From: Candidatus Latescibacterota bacterium
Lineage (GTDB): Bacteria > Latescibacterota > UBA2968 > UBA8231
Length of the DNA: 64,000 nucleotides
Direction: 5' to 3'
Assembly: GCA_964291625.2 (NCBI GenBank)
Contig: OZ220089.1
Coordinates: 3,040,001 to 3,104,000 of the forward strand
Position 1 is the first letter of the stretch, and every line of letters starts with the position of its first letter. The translations under genes and the position numbers were made by a program. The notes beneath the pieces were generated by a model. It was given only the letters and a program-made list of their open reading frames with translations, ran no database searches and was not told the origin of the DNA. Below, one piece after another: positions 22,774 through 31,842 of this stretch.

Positions 22774-23561
22774 CGTGCGGATCCTTTCAGTTTCCCCCAG
22801 CTCGAGGGGGCCACCACCGCAGGCGACTGCTTCAGCGCATCCTCCGAGCGGACCGTGCGGGTGGTGCCGCTCTGGCCGGATGCACCACCGCCGCTGGCCT
22901 CGACCAACACGGCGTGGGTGGAACCGAAGACGTGGTCGTACACCGGGTAATCCGGCCCTTGGAGCCACTCATGGCACGAGAGGAGGCCATACCCGGCCTG
23001 GAAGTTCACCAGACGGTTCGAATACCAATCGGCTTCGCCTTCATGCTCCGACACCCAGTCCCAGGCGTCGTGGCCACGAAACGTGAATCCCATTACCCGC
23101 GCGGGGTCGCTGGGAATGGCGCGCCGTACCACTTCGTCGTCTCCGTGCGTCAACGGAATCGTGTAAATGGGGGGCCCCTCGAACCGGAAGAACGACCGCT
23201 CGCCGGTGTCGGTGCGCTCCATCAGCTCGCTGCCCTTCCAGCGCAGCTTCTTCCCCACCGGGCAATGCGGCGGCGGCGCCAGAAAGCCCGCCGGCACGTC
23301 CGACAGGACGTAATACGTCGTGTCGCCAATCACCTCCGTTCGTTCCACCGTGATCGTGACCGTGTCCTCATAGCCAAATTGGCCCTCGGCGCTCGGGAAG
23401 ACGCCGGCATACGGGTCACCCACCCAATGCAGGAAGGTCCACGAATTGCCCACCGCCAGGGGCAGGAAGTCGGCGGGCTCGTTGTCGGGGGCTGCGGCCG
23501 GTCCGGTCAAGGCCACCAGGACGACGGCCAGGATCAACGGGTGCGTGTGGCGCGTGCGCAT
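22770..23561 (-). CDS. Secreted partner protein (263 aa)
   Basis: GGAGGG RBS, signal peptide, DFLPLAVGNSWTF, C-terminal VAPSSWGKLKGSAR. ATGA overlap with the downstream protease cassette. Confidence 0.85.
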   Translation of the reverse strand: MRTRHTHPLILAVVLVALTGPAAAPDNEPADFLPLAVGNSWTFLHWVGDPYAGVFPSAEGQFGYEDTVTITVERTEVIGDTTYYVLSDVPAGFLAPPPHCPVGKKLRWKGSELMERTDTGERSFFRFEGPPIYTIPLTHGDDEVVRRAIPSDPARVMGFTFRGHDAWDWVSEHEGEADWYSNRLVNFQAGYGLLSCHEWLQGPDYPVYDHVFGSTHAVLVEASGGGASGQSGTTRTVRSEDALKQSPAVVAPSSWGKLKGSAR

Positions 23562-23713
23562 GGATCTCATCCCTCCTCTTCTCTTCTTTGGGGCGCAGAG
23601 TGGTTCCCCTCCGGGTACTCCGCCAACCTCTTCGCTGTCTTCCCAAAGGTGTTGTGTGAGGTCGTGTCAAAAGGTGTGTAAACGAGATCAGGCAGCCTCT
23701 CTTGATCCCCTCC

Positions 23714-24037
23714 TTACAGACGCTCGAAGTCTTCCAGTTGGTAACTCGTGGTCCCTGGCTCCAACGCGCCGTCGGCGTTGATCGTGTAGCCGTGCGGCAG
23801 GTCGTGGGTGTCGTAGTCACAAATGCGCCCGCTATTAACGCGCCCGCGATTGTCGCAGGATGGGCTGTAGCTCGGCCAGACCCCTGTCGTGTCCTTGAAG
23901 GTGACCAGCACCACGTCCAGCGTGCACGGGCTGGTCCAGCTGTTGCGAAGGTCGTAGACCGGCTGTTGGGCCGACAGGGAGCCGGCCCAGAACAGCGTCA
24001 GCAGGACCGCCCTCGATGCAATGGCGCTCGGTCTCAT
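23714..24037 (-). pseudogene. Truncated 5' end of another type B M6 protease (107 aa)
   Basis: NSWTSPCTLDVVLVTFKDTT...HDLPHGYTIN...ALEPGTTSY parallels the protein starting at 22773 and stops early. Confidence 0.8.
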
Positions 24038-24115
24038 CTCTCCTCCCCTTCTTTGACTCGCCCCCAGGATGAGCTGGGCGCCGACGTGCCGTGCCTCGCA
24101 TCCTCATACGTCACC
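24034..24115 (-). pseudogene. 3' tail fragment of a partner gene
   Basis: Reads LVTYEDARHGTSAPSSSWGRVKEGEER*, with an ATGA overlap to the 24037 start. Same SWGxxK tail as 22770-23561. Confidence 0.65.
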
Positions 24116-27100
24116 AGTCCGGCCCCCACGCCGCGCCGCCGCTTTTCTCCTGCGCCTCCAGCGTCATCGGCGCCACCGTCGAGCCGGTCTGCGGCTGGCA
24201 CCACCCTCTGCTCGGGCATTGCCAGGTCATCGTCACCGACCGCCCGTCCACGGCCATCGAGTCCAGGCGCGGCGGCCCCGAGGGCGGCGGCACCACCCCG
24301 CGGGCCGGAAAGGCCGACGACCAGGCCCCGGCGCCGCTGTCGTTGACCGCCTGCAACTGGTACCGAAGACGGTGCTTGACCACCACGTCCCCGGCGTCCC
24401 GGTGCGTGTAGCGCAGCGTGGTCGCCCCCGGCGTCGCCACCGTGTCGTACGACGACCACGCCTGCGTGCCCACCACCGCCCACTGCGACCGCAGACGATA
24501 CCCGGTCACCGCCGGCGTCGCCGACACCGCCCCCCAGGCCACGTCCATCCCCGTGGCGCCCGGACTCGCCGTCAGACCCGAGGTCGGCGCCGGCGGCACC
24601 CCCGGACCCGAGCCCGGCGTCGCCGACACCTGCGCAGCCACCCCCTTGCCCACCCCGTTGACCGCGCGAACCTCGAACAGGTATCGCGTCCCGTTCGTCA
24701 GGCCCTCCGACACCGTGTGGCTCACAGTCTGCGCGTTGCTGCCCGAAATCGCCTCCCAGTCAGGGTCCCACGACAAGCCCCCGTCGGCGCTCTGCCGGAA
24801 CTCATACCCCGTCAGAGCAGACTCGTGGTCCGGGGCCGAACTCCACGTCAGCTCCATTTGCTCGTGGCCTGCCGCCGCCGAGAAATCTCCCGGCTTCCCC
24901 GGCACCCCCGCCACCACCGCCGCCGTGGGCCCGCTCTGCGCGTAGTTGTACAACGTGCCCTTTGAATCACGCGCCCGGTAGCGCACCATCACCCGCAGCT
25001 GGCGACCCATGTCCCGGCCCAACGGCGTGTAGGTCCCCAGCGCCGGATAGCGAACCAACCGCGACGACGGCGTCAAGGTCGCCCAAGGGTCCGTATCGCT
25101 GCCCCGCCAATGCCATCGAAAGAACGCCCGCTCCAGGGTGCCCCCGTCCGGGTCGTCCAGCACCGCCGTGAGCCCCCGGCCCACCTGAGGCGGCGCCCCG
25201 ACCAAACCCACCGTCACTCCGCAATTCGTCAAGGTGGTGTTCGTCAGAGCCAGGGTGCCCCCATCCTCCGACTCAAGACAACGCGACCCGTCCCGGATTG
25301 TCGCCCCCGAAAGGTCCGCCACTCCCGTCGCCGCCACCCGGATCCCGTACCAATCGTCATTGGAGGCATCGGCCGCCTCGTTGGACGAGCGGAAGGTGAT
25401 GTCCCCCGCCCCGGCTTGAAGGGTACCGCCATTCTCCACGATCAACTCTGAACGGCTCTGATCCGCGCCACCACCAGCCTTGTCCTCCCCAGCGTTGTCC
25501 TCTCCCGCCAGAAAGTGTACCTCGGTTCCACCATCAATCCGAAGGTCAGAGCCCGAAGCAATCGCCACATCGCCACCAACGTGTACCCTGCCATCCCACT
25601 CAAGAGACTGATTGATCGTGCCCACCCAATAGGGACTGAGATCCGCCGTCACAGTCCTCCCGGTAACGCTGATGTTGGAAACGCTCACACTTGACGATGC
25701 CCCCGAAAAGAGCTCGCTACTAGGCGTAGTATAATCTGCAAACGTAGTATTGCCACCCGATCCAGGAAACGGATCCCCATTGTAGGTCCCCGGCTCATCA
25801 TCATCGTCGGCCTCTACCAAGTCGACAGTATCCCAATCCATCCCTCCCGGCCGATCCCGAATGTGCCAGATCAGCAGTCCATCATGGGTTGAATCGGCCA
25901 GTGCTCGGTTCCAGCCCATGCCGGTTTGCCTGTTCTCGACCAGAAAGAAATCCTTGTCCAGATGTATGTGGGCCCGGCTGTAGTCCGGGCTGTTTCGCGA
26001 TCGAATTCGATACACAACGTCCTGGTATTCATTCCTCTCTGCGGAATAGGCCAAGCTCTGGCCGGTCATCAGGCTCGTCACTTCGATCGGAGTGACCCAC
26101 TCCAACATGATTCGGTGCCAAGGCGACAAAGGTGCGGGATTGTCACCTCTGCGATGTACTCCCTTCCAATCTCCAGAGGCCATGAGGCCCCACTCTCCAT
26201 AATCCGTGGACACACCATAGTGGTCACCCAGTCCCAGGGCATGACCGAATTCATGACAGTGAGTCCCTATGTGGGAGAAAGTAGCCCAATTTCGTTCCTC
26301 GTTCTCCACCGTCTCATCCGCCCATCTCTCGGACATGGAGTATGCCCTGCCGCTATACGCAGGCCATAACCCCCCTCTACCGGAAGGTCCAGCATAGGCA
26401 TTTCCAGCGTAAATGATGCACACCACGTTCGTGGCACTCAGAGAAACGTTGGCCTTCCCGCCTGGCAGCCGCCACTGCCGAATCCCTGAACGCAGGGAAG
26501 GTCCCCGCGCTGTAGGAGGCCTTACTCCCACTCAGCTCAATCCATTCGGGTACACCGTTGTCCCTCTTGTTCACAACCCGCCCCGTCAGGGTGTAGCCTC
26601 CCTTCGACATGTCAAGCCAGTACTGACGCATACTGCCATAGACCGCTTCACCGTCCGGCGAGGCCCTCTCGCCTGTATAGCTATCCCCGAATAGCATGGT
26701 CTCGAAATCACTCACCGTGTACTCGGGATAGTCTGACTTGTCTCTCTCGGCGTCAGCAGGAAGACCTGCCATCGGCCAATCTTCAGGGTTCTGATGCTTG
26801 ACATCGGAAAACTCCACCAGGAGAACCAACAGCGCCGTCGGAAGTACTCCGTGCGAACTCCTCAAGACCCTACCGTCAGGTCCCATTTCGCGGTACTTGC
26901 GAGCCCTGTCTGCCAACGTGGCTTCGTTCTCCAAGGCCAGCCGCCAAACCTCGCTTGTCCCGTCGTCTCGACCTACGCGCAAAGAACTGGGAGTCGCATG
27001 CCCCGCGGTGTCGTAGCGAGCATAGTGATAGTAGCCGGTACTCGTATCCTGTACGACATATCCTTCCTTGACAGCCAGATAGCGGCCGAATTCATCGCCG

Positions 27101-27270
27101 AACTCGCGGACGGCGATACGGGTCCCGTCCGGCTGCAGGACCTCCCGGGTACCTAGGTCCATGCTATTGGACCACGCTGGCTGAAGCCAACAGAGAAGCA
27201 GGGAAATGAGTACGCTATACCACGCCAATGTGAATCCTCCAATCCCATGCAGATCTTTCTCGAAGCGCAT
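24111..27270 (-). pseudogene. M6-family metalloprotease cassette (type A head) truncated after about 2.5 FN3 domains; frameshift at ~26451
   Basis: ORFs 26377..27270 and 24111..26531 join at REG/NVSLS. Motifs LLVEFSDVKHQN, HCHEFGHALGLGD, FFLVENRQ. The 3' 1.3 kb is nearly identical to the 3051-aa gene; stops at GPDW*. Confidence 0.85.
24114..25402. repeat. ~1.3-kb direct repeat, copy 2
   Basis: Matches 15584-16872. Confidence 0.95.
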
Positions 27271-27276
27271 GAGGTC

Positions 27277-28080
27277 CTACTCCCTGTTCGATGCGCGTGG
27301 TGCCACCCATTCCTTCACTTGGCCGAAGGGAACGGGACCTGCCACAGTCGCCACTTGCCCGTGTGACTCCAGATAGTAGTCTGCTGAAGGACTATGCTCT
27401 CGAGGACCCCGCTCATAGCCACAGTACAAGACGCCAAGGCCAGGTGCCACGAGAGAATAGGATCTCACTCCGGCAGCAACGAAGTAATATTCATACAACT
27501 CGGCTATCCCATCCCATACATCACTCTCTTGCAGTCGCCCGGCCCTCTCTCTCCATGGGTCCATGTACCCTCTGATGAAAAACGGATGGGGGCCAATGCC
27601 CGAAGCCCATGCTTCCCTCTGAAACGGGCCACCACGGGAAAAAAAGAAGAAGTCATACTCGCTGTTATATGCGGCTCCAGCAAGTGATATCTCCTCAACG
27701 TCATTTTGGCTATACCAGACATACCCGTCCGAATGGTGCCCATTCTGGAATCCCTCGTCCAGGTCCCAAAAGACCTTTTCCGTGCCGGTTCCTGTATCGT
27801 ATTGCCAGGTTCTGCCGCCTTCATCGCACCGGTAGAGCTTGTCATCATCGCTCAACTCAAGATAGGTGCGGTCTCCTATTGTATGGCTTCCAACCACCGC
27901 GATGCTTTCGGTGTTGTATCGTGAGTCCCTCCATACTGTCGAGTACGTCCAGTAGTGACCCACTTCGGCCGACGAAAGGAGGGAATAGTAGGGAAACCAG
28001 CAGAGAAACCCCCACGCTCCAGTGGGGAGTATCCAGATGCTCACAAGTGCCAGAGTGGCAGGGAGGATGGCGTTCCTCAT
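27277..28080 (-). CDS. Secreted partner protein (267 aa), paralog of 18729-19559
   Basis: ATG 28080 after AGGAG. Shares VGHYWTY, SHTIGDRTYLEL, GRTWQYD, RGGPF, APGLGVLY with the paralog; C-terminal VATVAGPVPFGQVKEW. Confidence 0.85.
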   Translation of the reverse strand: MRNAILPATLALVSIWILPTGAWGFLCWFPYYSLLSSAEVGHYWTYSTVWRDSRYNTESIAVVGSHTIGDRTYLELSDDDKLYRCDEGGRTWQYDTGTGTEKVFWDLDEGFQNGHHSDGYVWYSQNDVEEISLAGAAYNSEYDFFFFSRGGPFQREAWASGIGPHPFFIRGYMDPWRERAGRLQESDVWDGIAELYEYYFVAAGVRSYSLVAPGLGVLYCGYERGPREHSPSADYYLESHGQVATVAGPVPFGQVKEWVAPRASNRE

Positions 28081-28114
28081 GTTGGGTGATCTCCTATGCA
28101 CGTGAGATTGCGGT

Positions 28115-28320
28115 AGTGTGCCCCAAGAACTGGACAGGTGGCTGAGCGAGACTTTCGGTCCACCGACCCACTGTCCAGAAGGGCTTGGATGACGAGGAAG
28201 GTGCAAGACGCACTCGGCTCAGTTCAAGGCCAAGGTCCAAGGTGGAGGCCCTGCGTGAGCGACGGACGGTCAACGAGCTGGCCCGCAAGCTCTCTGTCCA
28301 CCCCCAGCCAGTGCGGATAA
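28115..28320 (+). mobile_element. IS3-family remnant (left end plus degraded OrfA)
   Basis: End-like sequence with internal inverted repeat ctggacag...ctgtccag. Frameshifted MTRK...(SAQFKAKV)..EALRERRTVNELARKLSVHP resembles the IS3 OrfA HTH. Confidence 0.6.
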
Positions 28321-28341
28321 CCGCAGCGTGTTCGCCCCCTG

Positions 28342-28637
28342 GGCGTCGCCACCGTGTCGTACGTAGACCACGCCTGCGTGCCCACCCCCGCCCACTGCGA
28401 CCGGAGACGATACCCGGTCACCGCCGGCGTCGCCGACACCGCGGCCCAGGCCACGTCCATCCCCGGGCCGCCCGGGCTCGCCGTCAGACCCGACGTCGGC
28501 GCCGGCGGCACCCCCGGACCCGAGCCCGGCGTCGCCTTCACCTGCGCCGACACCCCCTTGCCCACTCCGTTGACCGCCCGAACCTCGAACAGGTATCGCG
28601 TCCCGTTCGTCAGGCCCTCCGACGCCGTGTGGCTCAT
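28342..28637 (-). pseudogene. Isolated FN3 fragment homologous to 15900-16195 and 24430-24725
   Basis: SEGLTNGTRYLFEVRAVNGVGKG...YRLRSQWA...YDTVATP. Confidence 0.8.
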
Positions 28638-28878
28638 CAGCGCGATCATGCGGATGAGTGCTCCTCGTGGGCCTGCTGTGCCGAAGGCAGATGCGAGCCT
28701 GCCGAAGGTCAGGCAAACACCTCCCGGCTCGACTCTCTATTCTACCGTACGGGTATGTGGTTCTTGTGTGCCCCCTTGGCGGAAGGGCGTGTTTTTTTGT
28801 GTGTCTTTGGGGGAATTTCTCCAAGTCGGGCCGGAATCGGCCCTGAAACCCAAGATCAGCCGCCACCAAGGTGAGCGG

Positions 28879-29085
28879 ATGAAACCTGCCGAGGAGCTCC
28901 ACGAAGACTTCGTCGCGCTCAGGGAGCGACTGTCCCGGCTGAGCGAGGCCAGGCTGCGCATCAACGAGAGACTCGACCTGGACATCGTGCTCCAGCATTT
29001 CCTGGACTCGGCCCGGGCCCTGACGGAAGCCCGCTATGTGGTGATCACCCTCCTGGAAGCCCAAGGAGAGGTGGAGGACTTTTCT
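28879..29085 (+). pseudogene. 5' fragment of a GAF hybrid histidine kinase (paralog of 52338-54716)
   Basis: LRERLSRLSEARLRINERLDLDIVLQHFLDSARALTEARY vs LRERLTRLSQASLRINESLDYPTVLQGVLDSARSLTGARY. Divergent from the minus-strand cassette array. Confidence 0.8.
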
Positions 29086-29185
29086 CACCTCCGGTTTTGG
29101 GCGCCGGGGAGATTTTCAATTTCCTGTCGCGGCGCGGGCCTTTCTGTCAGCGCCCGCAAGCCATCATCAAGAGAGCAGGGCAACA

Positions 29186-29560
29186 TCCCGTCCCGGATCG
29201 TGGCCCCCGACAGGTCCGCGATCCCCGTCGCCGCCACCCGGATCCCGTACCAATCGTCATGGGAGGCATCGGCCGCATCGTTGGACGAGCGGAAGGTGAT
29301 GTTGCCCGCCCCGGCTTGAAGGGTCCCGCCGTTGTCCACGATCAACTACACCCGGGCGTCGTCCTGCCCGTCGCTCTCCGTAGGTGGCCGCGAAGCGGAC
29401 CTCGGTCCCCGCCTCGAGGCGCAGGGTGGCGGGTTCGTGCCGTCGCGGACGACGAGGTCGCCGCCGACGGTCACCCGACCGCTCCACCGGTGTTCCCCCT
29501 CGGCGATCGTCACGGCCGTTCAGCGTCGCCGTGCCCCCCGGTCTCCACGTGCAGCCCATG
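29186..29560 (-). pseudogene. Degraded copy of the protease-stalk linker region (homolog of ~20258-20620)
   Basis: GGTLQAGAGNITFRSSNDAADASHDDWYGIRVAATGIADLSGATIRDG, with flanking frameshifts. Confidence 0.8.
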
Positions 29561-29671
29561 CGTGGGAGGCACCCACGGGTGACCCGAACTGGATTAGCTT
29601 GTCCCCCGCCCCCGAGTCCGCCTTCTTTCCCCGCCCCTGAAGACCCGCTCATCATCTCCAGAAGGAGTGCC

Positions 29672-30625
29672 ATGCGGATCATCGATCCCCACTTCCACCT
29701 GTGGGACCTCGACCTCTGGCCCAACCCGAACCTGGGCCCCGACGTGGAGCGGGACCTGCCCGTGTACCACGCCGGGGACTACCTGCGCGACATGGGCCGG
29801 CTGCCGGCGCCCCTGGAGCTGGCCGCCTCCGTCCACGTGGAGACCGTGGTGGGCCAGATGGAGGGCGGGTTCCGCGTCGACGAGGTCGCCGAGACCCGCT
29901 TCGTCTGCGACCAGATGGAGCCCACGGGACACCCCTTCGGCATCGTGGCCTACATCCACCTGGCGCGCGGGGTCCGCCACACGGAGCAGGTCCTGGACCG
30001 CCATCTCGCCGCGGCGGGGGAGCGGTTGCGGGGGGTGCGCATGATCCTCAACCATCATCCGGAGGATCCCGCCCTCACCTGGCCGCAGGTGGAGCGCGGC
30101 GACTTCCTGGGCGACCCCGCCTTCCGCGAGAGCCTCGCCCTCCTCGGCGAACGCGGACTCTCCTTCGACCTGCAGTGCAACCCCCACCAGCTCGCCGACG
30201 CGGCCGCCGCCTTCGCGGAACACCCGGAGACGCCGGTCGTCGTCGGCCACCTCGCCTCCTTCTACGGCGGTGCGGAGGCGGACGCCGGGTACGAGCGCAC
30301 GTGGCGGGAAGGCCTGGAGGCGATGGCCGCCCTCCCCCACGCGAGCATCAAGCTGTCCATGGTGTTCTTCTGCGCCCCCGGGTACCACCGGGATCCCTCC
30401 CAGGAGGGCCGGGCCCGGAACCTGGTGCGCCAGGCGATCGAGATCTTCGGCGCCGGCCGCTGCATGTTCGCCAGCAACTACCCGGTCGACGCCGTCCAGG
30501 GCATCGACGTCCCCACCCTCTACGGTCGCTTCCTCGACTGGACGGCGGACCTGACCCCGGCCGACCGGTCCTCCCTCTTCCACGACACCGCGGCACGCGT
30601 CTACCGCCTGGAGGTCTCGGCATGA
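29672..30625 (+). CDS. Amidohydrolase family 2 protein (sugar-lactonase-like)
   Basis: AAGGAG RBS, IIDPHFHLWD, GVRMIL, SFDL, RCMFASNYPVD. Confidence 0.88.
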   Translation: MRIIDPHFHLWDLDLWPNPNLGPDVERDLPVYHAGDYLRDMGRLPAPLELAASVHVETVVGQMEGGFRVDEVAETRFVCDQMEPTGHPFGIVAYIHLARGVRHTEQVLDRHLAAAGERLRGVRMILNHHPEDPALTWPQVERGDFLGDPAFRESLALLGERGLSFDLQCNPHQLADAAAAFAEHPETPVVVGHLASFYGGAEADAGYERTWREGLEAMAALPHASIKLSMVFFCAPGYHRDPSQEGRARNLVRQAIEIFGAGRCMFASNYPVDAVQGIDVPTLYGRFLDWTADLTPADRSSLFHDTAARVYRLEVSA

Positions 30626-31767
30626 ACCTCGTCCGCAAGCAGGATGTCCTCCCCGCCGAGCACGGCGTCATCGCCAGCTATCCCGACGACTTCTACGGCT
30701 ACTTCGGCTGGCCGACGGTCGCCCGCATGCCCGACGGCACCCTCGTGGCCGCGGCCTCGGGGCTGCGCAACGCCCACGTCTGCCCCTTCGGCCGCAGCGT
30801 GTTCATGCGCAGCACCGACGACGGGCGCACCTGGACCAGCCCCCGGGTGGTCAACGACTCCCCGCTGGACGACCGCGACACCGGCCTGGTGAGCTGCGGC
30901 GGGCAGCGTCTGCTGCTGACCTGGTTCACCACCGACCTGCGGGCTCAGGCGGAGCGCCGCATGGAGGGCCTCGAGGCCGGCACCCGGGCCCGCTGGCAGG
31001 AAGGGCTGGCCCGCGTCGACGACGACAACGCCCGCCGCTGGGTCGGCGCCTGGTGCCGCATCAGCGAGGACGCCGGCGAGACCTGGTCCGAGCCGATCAA
31101 GGTCCCCCAGACCACGCCCCACGGGCCGATCCGGCTGCGCGCCGGCGGGCTGCTCTTCCTGGGCAAGCTCTTCGAGACCGACATGGCCGGCTTCGAGGGC
31201 GGCGTCGGCGGCATCGTGGCCACCCGCAGCGACGACGGCGGCCGCACCTGGCAGCCCCTGGGGACGGTGCCCCTCTTCGAGGGCTCCACCGAGCAGAACT
31301 ACCACGAGGCCCATGTGGCCGAGCTGCCCGACGGCAAGTTGGTGGGGCTGATCCGCTTCGAGCGCGGCGGCGGCCTCGATCCGGAGGACCTCGGGCTGCA
31401 GCACTTCATGCACATGTACACGGAGTCGACCGACGGTGGACGCACGTGGACGCGGGCCGAGCCGATGGACTTCCACGGCAGTCCGCCGCACCTGCTCGTG
31501 CACTCGAGCGGGGTCCTCGTATGCGCGTACGGGCGCCGCCTGGAGCCTTTCGGCGAGCGCGTCATGATCAGCCGCGACGGCGGCGCCACCTGGGAGTACG
31601 ACTACGTCCTGCGCGACGACGGTCCCGACAGCGACCTGGGCTACCCCTCCAGCGTCGAGTTGGACGACGGCAGCATCTTCACCGCCTACTACCAGAAGCC
31701 GGCGGCGGTCCGGGACAAGTGCGCCTTCCTGTGGAGCCGCTGGCGGCTGCCCGGTGAGTCATCGTGA
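30622..31767 (+). CDS. Sialidase/BNR-repeat glycoside hydrolase-like protein
   Basis: Asp-box repeats (STDDGRTW, SEDAGETW, SDDGGRTW, STDGGRTW, SRDGGATW) and DLGYP; ATGA overlap with the amidohydrolase. Confidence 0.88.
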   Translation: MNLVRKQDVLPAEHGVIASYPDDFYGYFGWPTVARMPDGTLVAAASGLRNAHVCPFGRSVFMRSTDDGRTWTSPRVVNDSPLDDRDTGLVSCGGQRLLLTWFTTDLRAQAERRMEGLEAGTRARWQEGLARVDDDNARRWVGAWCRISEDAGETWSEPIKVPQTTPHGPIRLRAGGLLFLGKLFETDMAGFEGGVGGIVATRSDDGGRTWQPLGTVPLFEGSTEQNYHEAHVAELPDGKLVGLIRFERGGGLDPEDLGLQHFMHMYTESTDGGRTWTRAEPMDFHGSPPHLLVHSSGVLVCAYGRRLEPFGERVMISRDGGATWEYDYVLRDDGPDSDLGYPSSVELDDGSIFTAYYQKPAAVRDKCAFLWSRWRLPGESS

Positions 31768-31835
31768 AGACCGCTGCCGTCGGCGGCGCGGGATCCGTGC
31801 GCCGTCTTCCGGAGCCGCTGGCGGCTGCCCGGTGA
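31733..31835. repeat. Tandem duplication of the sialidase gene 3' end (25-bp exact core, period 78)
   Basis: ggagccgctggcggctgcccggtga at 31733-31757 and 31811-31835. Confidence 0.85.
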
Positions 31836-31842
31836 AATCACC

